Positions 1 to 11,567 of a stretch of DNA of 64,000 bases are shown one piece after another; the stretch's first letter is position 1; the number at the start of each line of letters is the position of its first letter. The stretch spans positions 27,342,001 to 27,406,000 of the forward strand of contig NC_043003.1 of the NCBI RefSeq assembly GCF_006345805.1, read 5' to 3'. The notes under the pieces are model-generated. The model saw only the letters and a program-made list of their open reading frames with translations. It searched no databases and was not told where the DNA came from. This stretch comes from Octopus sinensis. Lineage: Eukaryota. Position numbers and translations under genes: made by a program.

Positions 1-420
1 TATTTTAAGCAGCAGAAAATTCAACAAAATCTGTTACTCTGAGTTTCTCGTTGCCGTTCATCAGACAGTTTTTGCTAGAATGGAACCGATATATCAATTC
101 AATCTAGACTCTTACAAACGCTACACCTTTAAAAAGAAATGGACTTGTTTGATTGGCCCTTTAGAAAAAACGGTCAATCTTCGAGCGATAAACAAAAAGG
201 TCAAAAATATATGTATATATATATAAAAAACTTATAAAAATTATAAAATGCGAGGAAAAAACCTTACATTGAATAAAATACATATTGACTTTAATGAAGA
301 AAGTATAAATTAATGCATAGAAATTAAACCTGTTATAAATATTACACTGCAATACATATTTATATTAAAATGTACATATATATATCAACATACACAAAAG
401 GATGCGCGCAAACGCCATAC
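1..420 (-). mobile_element. Penelope-like element terminal fragment
   Basis: Homologous to 49195-49715 and 11445-11503; carries a minimal hammerhead motif on the minus strand, typical of PLE termini. Confidence 0.55.
26..73 (-). ncRNA. Minimal type I hammerhead ribozyme
   Basis: Minus strand: ctgt-CTGATGA-a-cg(gcaa)cg-a-GAAAC-tcaga-GTA-acag. Stem I ctgt/acag, GNRA-capped stem II, stem III act/agt, GUA cleavage triplet. Confidence 0.65.
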
Positions 421-1114
421 ATATACAGACGTATGAATATAAATCTAAATATACACATAAATGCATGTGTACATATATTCACACAAAACATCTCGTACGC
501 AAGTTAAAAATCATCTATGTAGCGATTCTCATATACTGAGTAAGGGGGGGGGACGAAAGAAAGGAAGAGAGAGAAAAAGGAACGAAGGAGAGGTGGGGGA
601 AAAACGAAATAAGAAAAAATTATGTATACAAGCTGTGTAACGGCATTATTGGCATATATGGAGACAAGTATACAAACACAAATTCGAATGGATACATATA
701 CATACAGTCGTGTATATGTGTGCTTAAGCACAAACATACTCTCACTTACACATACACAGATACGCATGCTTACAAATACATATCCTTGGCTATACACATA
801 CTTATATCAACATTCTAATTTTGACAACATTGCTTTTTTTTAAAAAATGGGTGCATTAATAAAAATATATACGAAAGACATATAAAATAAAATATAACAC
901 CCTATTTTGGATCATTTATAAATAATCAAGGTAATCCTATACAATACAATAACATGAAAACAAGGTCGAAGGTTTTTCCTAATGTATATGTGGAAACATA
1001 AGACTTTGCTATACGGATTAAGATCCGCATAGCTTGGAAACAAAATCCATCGTAGCGCTCATATATATATATATATATATGTCTACATATATATATATGT
1101 GTATATCTATATGT

Positions 1115-1228
1115 ATGAAGGTGTATGGCTTAGTGGTTAGGGGCATTCGGCTCATGATCGTAAGGTCGTAAGTTCAATTCCCAGACTCGCGTTGTGTCCT
1201 TGACACTTTATTTCATGTTGCTCCATGT
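1115..1228 (+). mobile_element. tRNA-derived SINE head
   Basis: A-box-like tggcttagtgg and B-box-like agttcaattcc. Confidence 0.6.
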
Positions 1229-1562
1229 TAACCAATCAATTGCCTCTAGTGAGCTAAAATCATTTGCTGCGTCTAAAACTGAGACAACATCCTGTCACTA
1301 ACCCTAACCCTCACCCTCACCCTAAATTTTAGTATTTCGAGTAGTACCTGTATTTCAAAGGGCCAGCCTTGTCACGCACTGTCTTATGCTGAATTTCCCC
1401 AAGAACTACGTTAAGGGTACACGTTTTTGTGGAGTGCTCAGCCACTTGCACGTTAATTTCATGAGCAAGCTGTTCCATTGATTGGATCAGCTGGGACCCT
1501 CTGTCATAGCAACTGACAGAGTGTTCCTATATCTATATGTATATATATATAATATATATATA

Positions 1563-1735
1563 TCCTCTGTCTTCCCTTCTCGGGATCTTTCCTTCTCCTT
1601 TGTTTCCGATGAAGACCTCCGCTCGAAACGTTAAACCCTCCTTCCCTTCTTTCCTGAGCGTCAAATAATACTTTAATTGTTCCACGTCCTCGCGTTGCTG
1701 TGTTTTTTTCTGTGTTTTCTTGTTTGGATTAACTA
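1563..1735 (+). mobile_element. Penelope-type tail with degenerate hammerhead
   Basis: gttt-CCGATGA-a-gac(ctccg)ctc-GAAACGTT-aaac at 1602-1636, flanked by (TA)n. Confidence 0.45.
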
Positions 1736-1834
1736 TATATATATATGTGTGTTTGTGTGTGTATATCTATATGCATATATAGATATGTGTGTGCGTGTGT
1801 GTGTGTATATATGTGCATATATATATATGTTTTG

Positions 1835-1890
<56 letters not shown>

Positions 1891-1925
1891 GTTTTGTATG
1901 TATATATATATATATGTTTTGTATG

Positions 1926-1958
<33 letters not shown>

Positions 1959-2044
1959 ACATATATATATATGTATATATATATGTACGTATATGTATAC
2001 ATATATATATATGTATATATACATATATGTGTGTATATATATAC
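1736..2044. repeat. Compound (TA)n/(TG)n microsatellite
   Basis: Direct reading. Confidence 0.95.
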
Positions 2045-4535
2045 GAGTGTGTACCCCACAACATAGACTGATAGTTAGTGACTTTAGGATCAGGACTAAG
2101 AGGACGACTAGAAGATGACCAACATGGAGAAGAAGGGTCTGGAAGCTTAAAGATCCTGCGAATGGACAGAGATTTAGAGACATGTTACTTGAAGTCTTTG
2201 ACAAAATAGAAGGGGGTATAGCTACACATAGGGTAGAAGACAACTGGACGCTTCTAAGGGACAACCTGCTGAAAGCCACTGACCAGATCTGTGGCTGGTG
2301 CAAAGTCCCCTCAAGACCCAAAATAACATGGTGGTGGAACAATATTGTTGACAGGGCTATTAGACAAAAGAAACAGGCTTGGAAGGACTGGAAGAACGGT
2401 GGTAGCAGGGAAGTGTACCAGACTACCAGAAGGGAAGCTAGGAGGCAGGTGTATTTAGCCAGAGGGGAAGCAGATAAGAAAAAATTTGCCAATGTTCTGC
2501 GCCGTGAGGATTAAAGACTTGAGGTATTTCATGTTGCAAGACAGTGTGTGAGAGAGAATCGTGACTTGGTAGGAGAGAAATGTTTTCACAAGGATGACGG
2601 TTCACTTGCGCTAAATGAGGATGCAAACAGAGAGGTTTGGAGACGCCACTATGAAAGGTTGCTGAATGAGGAAAATGAATGGGATAAAGAGAGTCTGCCG
2701 AATGTCGACCCAACAGAGGGACCAGCAATCCAAGTTGACAGTTCCTTAGTAGTTAAGGCAATTACAAGCATGAAAACAGGGAAAGCCCCAGGCCCATCAG
2801 GAATTACTGCAGAGATGCTCAAAATATCTGGTAGTGTAGGCTATAGCCTAGTCACCCGTATAGTTAACCAGGTGATACACGAAGGAGTCATTCCCAATGA
2901 CTGGTGTAGCAGCATAATAGTCAACTGCTACAAAGGTAAAGGTGACGCCCTAGATACAAATAACTACAGGGGTATCAAGCTACTGGATCAGGTAATGAAG
3001 GTTACGGAGAGGGTTATAGCCCAACTAATTAGAGAGAGAGTTAGCTTAGATGAGATGCAGTTTGGGTTCGTGCCAGGGAAAAGTACTACTGATGCTATAT
3101 TCCTGGTAAGACGGCTGCAGGAGAAATACCTAGCCAAAGATAAGCCCCTGTACCTGGCTTTTGTTGGCATGGAGAAAGCCTTGGTCAATGAGGAAACTAG
3201 GGATAGATGAATGGTTAGTGAGAGCTGTGCGAGTCATGTACAGAGATGCTGCTAGTAAGGTGAGGGTTGGCAACGAGTACAGTGAAGAATTCCGGGTAGA
3301 GGTTGGGGTCCACCAAGGTTCAGTCCTCAGTCCCCTCCTATTTATCATAGTCCTCCAGGCAATAATGGAGGAATTCAAGACAGGATGCCCCTGGGAGCTC
3401 CTCTATGCTGATGACCTTGCTCTAATTACTGAGTCACTATCAGAACTGGAGGAGAAGTTTCAGGTGTGGAAACAAGGATTAGAATCGAAGGGCCTTAGAG
3501 TCAATCTAGCTAAAACCAAAGTCGTAATCAGTAGGAAGGTAGACAAATCACAAATGCCTTCAGGTAGATGGCCCTGCTCGATCTGTAGAAAAGGTGTAGG
3601 TAGAAACTCTATAAGGTGCACCAAGTGAAAGCTATGGACACATAAGAGGTGCAGCAATGTCAAAGGAAGGCTAACTAGGAAAATAGTTTTTGTCTGCGGC
3701 AGATGCTCAGGAGCAATAAACACTGAAAATGTGCAGAGACCAACTTCTACCACGTTCCAGGGAGAAAAACTAGAAGTAGTTGATAGCTTCCGCTACCTAG
3801 GTGACCAAGTCAGTAGCAGGGGTGGGTGTGCTGAAAGTGTAACTGCTAGAGTAAGAATAGCCTGGGCAATGTTCAGAGAGTTCTTACCCCTGCTGGTAAT
3901 AAAAGGCCTCTCGCTCAGAGTAAAAGGCAGACTGTATGATGCATGTGTACGAACAGCCATGCTACATGGTAGTGAAACATGGGCTGTGACTGCTGAGGAT
4001 ATGCGTAAGCTCGCAAGAAATGAAGCCAGTATGCTCCGATGGATGTGTAATGTCAGTGTTCATAATCGACAGAGTATAAGTGCCTTGAGAGAAAAGTTGG
4101 ACCTAAGAAGCATCAGTTGTGGTGTGCAAGAGAGACGTTTGCGCTGGTATGGTCATGTGACGAGAATGGCTGAAGATAGTTGTGTGCAAAAGTGCCACAC
4201 CCTAGCGGTTGAGGGAACCTGTGGAAGAGGTAGACCTAGGAAAACTTGGGACGAGGTGGTGAAGCACGGCCTTCGAACTTTAGGTCTCACCAAGGAAATG
4301 ACTAGAGACCGAGACCTATGGAAGTATGCTGTGCATGAAAAGACCCGGCAAGACTAGTGAGACCATAACCCGTGGCCTCTACCTGGTATGTAGCCAGTCG
4401 ACTTATACATACCTTTCCTTCTTGGGACACAAAACTCCACTTGTGAAGATCCGTTGAGGCAAGTGAAAATCAAAATCAAAACAAATCAGATATCAGAAAG
4501 CAGAACCAAAATCGAAGTCGATCAACATCAATATA
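2045..4535 (+). mobile_element. RTE-clade LINE, 5'-truncated, disrupted
   Basis: Starts at the end of the APE domain (QHRL.VSDF); RT motifs KAPGP, NYRGIKLL, QFGF, GVHQGSVLSP, YADD; C-terminal GRPRKTW; stops at 2514 and 3628, frameshifting deletion near 3181. Paralog of 46243-49192. Confidence 0.95.
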
Positions 4536-4539
4536 AATC

Positions 4540-4836
4540 GGGGGACCCTGTCAAAGGCTTTCTCCAAGTCCACGAAAGCTATGTAGAGGGGTTTATCTTC
4601 AGCTAGGTATTTCTCCTGCAGTTGTCAAACAAGGAATATGGCATCAGTGGTGCTTCTACCTGGCACAAAACCGAACTGCATCTCATCTAAGCAGACTCTC
4701 TCCCTAATGAGATAGGCTATGACCCTCTCTGTGACCTTCATCACCTGATCCAACAGTTTAATACCCCTGTAGTTATTTCTATCTAGAGCATCACCTTTAC
4801 CCTTGTAGCAGTTGACTATGGTGCTGCTATGCCAGT
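4540..4836 (-). mobile_element. RTE RT fragment, inverted
   Basis: Minus strand encodes LQEKYLA.DKPLY.AFVDLEKAFDRVP-like sequence. Confidence 0.85.
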
Positions 4837-4844
4837 CATTGGGT

Positions 4845-5075
4845 ATATGTATAAATATTCATATATGCCTATATGTATATATATATGTATGAATATATAT
4901 GTGTGGATATTTATACATATATGTGTATATATATATATATATATAAATATATATGTGTGGATATTTATACATATATGTGTATATATATATATATATATAA
5001 ATATATATGTGTGGATATTTATACATATATGTGTATATATATATATATAAATATATATGTGTGGATATTTATACA

Positions 5076-5123
<48 letters not shown>

Positions 5124-5210
5124 TATATGTGTGGATATTTATACATATATGTATATATATATATATATAATATATATATATATAAATATATATGTGTGGA
5201 TATTTATACA

Positions 5211-5262
<52 letters not shown>

Positions 5263-5333
5263 ATATGTGTGTGTGTGTATATGTATATGTGTGTATATGT
5301 GTGTGTGTGTATATATGTGTATGTATATGTATA

Positions 5334-5364
<31 letters not shown>

Positions 5365-5410
5365 GTGTGTATATATGTATATTTATACATATGTATTAGT
5401 ATGTATGTAT
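4845..5410. repeat. Minisatellite built from microsatellite
   Basis: Repeated unit atatatgtgtggatatttatacatatatgtg(ta)n. Confidence 0.9.
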
Positions 5411-6120
5411 GTGGTAATGTGAAGCACTTGTGGCTGTGTCACGTAAATGAGCTGGTGTGGCACCGCATAGAAGTGCACACAAAAGAGCTCATGCATTGCC
5501 ATGCTTTTAAATTCATTTCATTTAAAGTAATTATGTAATTATGCATTTAATGGTGTTCATCTCAATGTAACACTTGTTCAGTACTATAACTGTTAGTGTA
5601 AAACTATATTTTTTATATTGAATTTTTACAATGTGTCACACTGGCAGAATTGTTTGCATGCTTAGCAGCAATTTATCTGTCTTAATGGGTCTGAGTTAAA
5701 ATTTCGCCATGGTCAACATTGCCTTTTATCTTTTCAGGGTCAATAAAATAAGAACCTATTGATGACTATAGTCTATGTAATTGACTTACCCTATCCCTGA
5801 AATTGCTGGCCCTGTACCAAAAATTTGAAATGGATATTACGTTTGACAATTTTTAGTTTTGTTTATATGGATTCTTATTTTTCTTTGTTTTAGTTTTTGT
5901 TTGTTTTTTTTTTTAACAAGAAATGAAAATATTTAATATTTAATAGCAATAATAAACTACCATGAAACAAAATTGAAACAACATCACAACAGAATTCTTT
6001 TATTCTGTGAGCTTGTCTCATACATAAAATGATTAAAAAAAATTGGTTGGAGTCCTTAATATATGATATATATTTTCAAAATCAGAGCATTTTTACTAAA
6101 GAAAACATACTAAAATAAAA

Positions 6121-6812
6121 TAAAAATTGTATTTAAATATTGGCAATTGGAATGTCAGAACAATGTATGTGATCAGGAAAACTGCTGAAAAGGACACTGA
6201 AGATGTGGATGAGTTCACCTATCTAGGTACAATTGTTAGTAAAGAAGGTGGTGGAGGGGAAGATATAAGCAGAATCAATAGAGCCAGAAGTGTGTTTATC
6301 AAATTGGACGAAGTACGGTGATCAAAATAGTTGGGAAGGGATACAAAAATCAAACTCTACAAAATGCTGGTAAGACCTATACTTCTTTATGATTGTGAAA
6401 CATGGAAAATAAAGAATAGTTATGAGAGAAAACTGGATTCTTTTCGGTACAAAGACTTGAAGAAAATGATGCAGATAGGGTAGCCAAACAGCATATCAAT
6501 GGATGAACTCAACAAAATAACCCAAGTCCCCAGGATAAGCCAAAAAGTAAAAAAGGGAAAGATGGAATTGGATTGGACATGTATTGAGAAAGGAACCCAA
6601 TTATCATTGCATGATTGCTTTGACTTGGCAACCTGAGGGGGAGAGAAAAGTTGGTAGACTAAAAACTACATGGGGAAGGATAGTGGAAAAGGAAAGGAAT
6701 CAGGTTGGATGGTCATCATGGAATGCAGCAAGAAAACTTTCAAAACAGTGAGATAAATGGAAAATGAGCATGGAGACCTTATGTGCCAGCTGGCACGAAG
6801 AGGATAGATAGA
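6121..6812 (+). mobile_element. RTE-like LINE with large internal deletion
   Basis: APE start LNIGNWNVRTM joined to RT C-terminus (DEFTYLG, KLYKMLVRPILLY, WNWIGHVLRK, GERKVGR.KTTW). Confidence 0.75.
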
Positions 6813-6835
6813 TATACACACACACACACACATGC

Positions 6836-6890
<55 letters not shown>

Positions 6891-7410
6891 CATATATATT
6901 TGTTTATTCAATTTACTTGCATTATAAATTTTTTGGTGGTATATGTATATATATATAGGCGTGGCTGTGTGGTAAGAAGCTTGCTTCCAAACTATATGGT
7001 TCTGGGTTTAGTCCCACTGTATGGCACTTTTTGGCCTTGGGCCAAGCAAAGTCTTATGAATGGATCTGGTAGATGGAAACTGAAAGAAGCGTGTTGTGTG
7101 TGTATGTGTCTGTGTGTGTGTGTGTAAAGATTCAGGTGAATAAGGCACTTAAATGGTAACGGTTGAGTCAGAAATAAAATGTATAAACAGCAACTATAGA
7201 TGAATACAAATACTGGTACTGAGGTACAGGAAGAAAGATATTCAGGTTATGCATACTGTTAATTGAACCCAACTGAGTATATCATCAGCCCTTGGACTAA
7301 TTCAGAAACATACATTATATTAAATATACAGTCCTTAATATACTTTGGAACATGCTACAAGCACATTCTGAGAGAGCTGAAGCATAAATAAAAAAAAATA
7401 ACAAATAATG

Positions 7411-7520
7411 GATAGGTGTCAATTCATCACAGCTGTTTCCAATGAATATATATTTATTAATATACTCATTAATCAATTAATAAATTTGTTGGAAACAGCT
7501 GTAATGAATTGACACCTATC
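7411..7520. repeat. 32-bp inverted repeat with 46-nt spacer
   Basis: gataggtgtcaattcatcacagctgtttccaa versus ttggaaacagctgtaatgaattgacacctatc, 1 mismatch. Confidence 0.9.
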
Positions 7521-9225
7521 TCAAGGGGGCAGCCATCGGCGTTAGTATTGCCGGTGATGTGGCAACCTTTTCAGGGTATGGTGGGATAGAAGGCTTAAGG
7601 AACACCTGACACAGAACTCCATACTCGTGAACATGTACTCTCGCTATGTTGATATCAACATAGTGATAAAGGCACCCCCACAAGGGAGTACTCTTGAAAC
7701 TAATACTATAGAGAGCATTCAGCAAATAGCTAACTCCATCCACCAGAGTATTAAGGTCACGGTAGACTACCCTACTAAACACCTTAACCATAGACTACCG
7801 GTAATAGATACAGAACTCTGGCTGGAAACTGAGAATAATAAAACTTGAATCCTTCATTCACACTATGCCAAACCTATGGCCTCCAAATACTTGATCCACT
7901 GGAACTCAGTTATCGTAGACAATGCCAAATTCAATATTTTGATGGCAGACCTCATCAGAATAATGCGAAATTTGTCCCACATGTGCGACCCAACAGAGTC
8001 AAAGAGACACATACATTTCATTCACCGCATGCAGTTCTCAGGTTACAGCCATAAAGAAAGGATCAGAGTATACAAAGAAATTTGATACTATCATATGTAA
8101 TGATAGGAATGGGATTTGCCCACTCTATAGGAGCAAGTCATGGAACACTATTGAAAGGACTAAGAAGAAAATAGGGAAGGCCAACTCTTGGTATGATAGC
8201 CACAAATACCAGAGTGTCATGTTCATCGACACCACCCCTAGAGGCGAACTGGCATACTGCTTTAGAAGGGCCCTAGACAAACTTAAGCTAGGATTAAGGT
8301 TGTTGAAAGGCCAGGCAACCCTATCAAATCCCTAATCGGTAGAACCTACCCTTTTAGTAGAACCCTCTGTACAGATAGGAACTGTACTGTGTGTAGATTT
8401 AGCCCACAAACAAACTGTAAAGCCAGAAATGTAGTCTATAGTATGAGATGTACAGAGGGACGATGCAGCAACAAGACAATGACATACGTAGGGGAAACGG
8501 CATGGAGCATAGGAGAGCGGGTAAATGAACATTGAAGAGAACTTAAGGAATAAAAGAGCTCATCGGTTCTGTGCCAGCATGCCGAGCAGGAACACGGGGG
8601 CTCACTCAACAACATAGAAGTTAAAATCTTGTTCACAGATAGAACAGATGCAACAATTAGACAAATTACAGAAGCTACACACATAATAGAAGATAAACCT
8701 AGCCTGAATAGGAAACTGGAATGGAACACTAACACACCCCCAACACACCACAACATATGACAGAATAAGATCCCCATAAACTGATAACAATATAAACAAA
8801 ACTAAAAACATAACAAAATACACAGATAAATAAATGGAATTAAATAACTATATACATTAACAAAATTTTTTAAAAATTTAATTAAATAAAAAAACAAAAA
8901 AATAATAAGTAGGCATAAACACATGGACAAAATAAACAAAAACAAATTACACAAACGTGTATAAACAAGAGATACAAATATTACAGGGCCTTTCCCCTCC
9001 ACACACACACACTAACTAAACATAGACACACATAGGGGTATATGCATGTGCAAATAAAGACACATACAACAGGAATACAAAATACAAAATGGCTGACCGT
9101 TAGTAAGGAGAGACACACAAATAAGAAAGCAGAAAGCAAAGGACCACTGATGAGGTCATAGAAGTATGACGAAAGAACTCTGGCTGAAATAAGATTAAGA
9201 TTAATGTAAAAAATAAATAAAGCTG
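7521..9225 (+). mobile_element. Penelope-like element (RT + GIY-YIG), degraded
   Basis: RT remnants YSRYVD, LPVIDTELW, HYAKPMASKYLIH, RMQFSGYS; GIY-YIG remnant VVYSMRC...TYVGETAWSIGERVNEH...LNRKLEW (8430-8725); hammerhead in the 3' region. Confidence 0.85.
9144..9183 (+). ncRNA. Minimal type I hammerhead ribozyme
   Basis: cca-CTGATGA-g-GTCAT(agaagt)ATGAC-GAAA-gaac-TC-tgg; perfect 5-bp stem II, stem I cca/tgg. Confidence 0.75.
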
Positions 9226-9637
9226 AAGCAAATTAACACCAAATATCTAGTGCATGTGTTTTTATTGGCTAAACTGGTAACATGACCATTCCTAAATACA
9301 ACATCTGTTTCAACACACGATTTCACATCAAGAATCTTGCAAAACAAATATATAAACATAACAATGTTTGATAACAATTATTCGAAAATTTGAAAACAAT
9401 TATTTGAAAAACAGTTATTCAAAATAAATATCATTTGTGTACTTGATTTTTAATGTTATCATTTTTGTTAAAATAAAATAAAGAATTTTAGAATTATTAA
9501 CATTTCATATAACTCTCCTTTTGAATAATTTTCATTCACACAATTTTCCATTTGAATAAATGCTTTTTGAATAATTGTTTTCGAACAATTATTTTTGTAC
9601 AATGTTCACATAATTCACCTATCCATCGTTTGCTGTA

Positions 9638-10673
9638 CAGTGATCCCTTGCTACTTCGCGGTTCAACTACCATGGATTCACGACTTCACAGATTTTTAAA
9701 ACATATATATATATGTATATATATGTATGTATATATAAACATATATATATATGTATATATATGTATGTATATATATGTATGTGCGTGTGTGTTTGTGTGT
9801 CTGTGTTTGTCCCCCTAGCATTGCTTAACAACCGATGCTGGTGTGTTTACGTCCCCATCACTTAGCGGTTCGGCAAAAGAGACTGATAGAATAAGTACTG
9901 GGCTTACAAAGAATAAGTCCCGGGGTTGAGTTGCTCGACTAAAGGCGGTGCTCCAGCATGGCTGCAGTCAAATGACTGAAACAATTAAAAGAGTAAAAGA
10001 GTTTATATGAACACCTAAAATTTTTCATTAAATCCAAAGAAGAAATGCAGCAAGAAACAGAAGTTGTCGACCAAATTGGCTTGTCTTTGGAACGGCTGGC
10101 CAAGCTCTGCAACCTGGCTAAAGAATTGAAAGAGGGGTCACAGGAATGGGATGACGATATGGTTCGTTTTGCAACAAGGTCGACGAAGTCATGAATCCCT
10201 ACAAGATGCTCTGTGAATGGAAGAAGAAGCAGCGGCAGCAACTTCCTATCACAATGTTTTTGCAACCTCGCAAAAAATAAAGCCAGTTCCTTCTGCTACT
10301 ACTACAGCTGCACCTTCGGAAGAAGTGGAAGAGGTGTCCCAGGAAAGGGCACCGCTGTCAGCTTCATCATCATCATCATTTCTACTGCACAGCAAATTCA
10401 TCACCATCATCATTCAAATTTTACTTCAACTTCTATCGTGTTGAGTACAGTAACAATCTTTATTTTTTTAAATCTAAAGTGTTATTGCTTAACAGTTGTC
10501 CTTGTTATTAATAGACAACTGTAATAGGTGGGTTGTTAACAGTATAGGGAGAGTTTTAAAAGTCCAAATACACGTTAAATAAATACTGTAAATATGGTGT
10601 CCCTACTTCGTGGAAATTCAGATATCGCGGCCGGTCTTGGAACCAATATACCACGATAAATGAGGGATCACTG
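9638..10673 (+). mobile_element. Internally deleted pogo/Tigger-like DNA transposon
   Basis: Ends TA-CAGTGATCCCT and AGGGATCACTG; transposase C-terminus LSLERLAKLCNLAKEL...KKKQRQQLPITMFLQPRKK at ~10020-10280. Confidence 0.8.
9815..10007 (+). mobile_element. SINE 3' half nested in the pogo element
   Basis: Same body and tail as 18404-18746, 33915-34320 and 42550-42805. Confidence 0.85.
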
Positions 10674-11112
10674 AATATATATATATATTTATGTATGTGT
10701 GTGTGTCTCTGTTCATCCTCCCCACCACCACTTGACAACCACTGTTAGTTTGTTCATGTCCCTAACACTTAGCAGTTCAGCAAAAAGAGACTGACAGAAC
10801 AAGTGCTGGGGGTCAATTCATTTTACTAAAAGTTCTTCCCAGCATGGCCACAGTCTATCATACACGTGTGTGTGTGTGAGGATGGAGGAGGTGAATAGCA
10901 GAGCAGTGAGGGTGTTATTCATAAGATTGTGGATTCAATTCCTGGACTATGCAGTGCATTTTGTGCTTGACTAAACCACTTCATTTCACACTCCTCCAGT
11001 CCACTCAGCTGGCGAAAAAGAATAATCCTGTGACAGACTGTCTTTATTTATTGCGACATCAATAAATTATTATTTAAATAAGCAAAAGATAAAATATATA
11101 TTTATAATAATA

Positions 11113-11338
11113 AATGCGCCCTTTTAAAGCCTAGCCAGGCTCATAGGCCCGGTTTCCATAGCGTATGTATTCCCCAGCTGGACGGGACGCCAGTTCATCG
11201 CAGCGTTACTCATTTTTTTTTTTTTGCCAGCTGAGTGGACTGGAGCAACGTGAACACAGCGCGCCGCCCGATCCAGGATTCGAAACCACAATCTTATGAT
11301 CATGATGCTGACACCCTAACCACTAAGCCACGCACTTC
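11113..11338 (-). mobile_element. tRNA-derived SINE
   Basis: Minus-strand A/B boxes; tail shared with 43572-43875. Confidence 0.75.
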
Positions 11339-11444
11339 ACACACACACACACACACACATATATTTATATATACCGGAGTAAACACATAAATGTGATACA
11401 AGGTGGAAAAAAGAGTACTCAAATACCAGTGGTAGAGTAATATG

Positions 11445-11567
11445 CTTTATTTAAAGCAGCAGAAAATTCAACAAAACCTGTTACTCTGAGTTTCACGTTC
11501 CCGACGTACGGGAACGTGAAACTCAGAGTAACAGGTTTTGTTGAATTTTCTGCTGCTTTAAATAAAG
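11445..11567. repeat. Perfect 59-bp inverted repeat of a Penelope terminus
   Basis: Arms 11445-11503 and 11509-11567, spacer acgta; arm sequence matches 1-50 and 49200-49250. Confidence 0.95.

Noticed and set aside
1115-1190. tRNA genes at SINE heads (also 43572-43640)
   Set aside because: No closed cloverleaf; they run straight into SINE bodies.
1677-2118. Many overlapping YI/IY/CV-rich ORFs (also 4816-5538, 34326-35365, 61890-62149)
   Set aside because: Translations of (TA)n, (CA)n and (TG)n microsatellites, which lack stops by composition.
7265-7310. CTGATGA on the minus strand as a hammerhead
   Set aside because: No GAAA and no stems at the required spacing.
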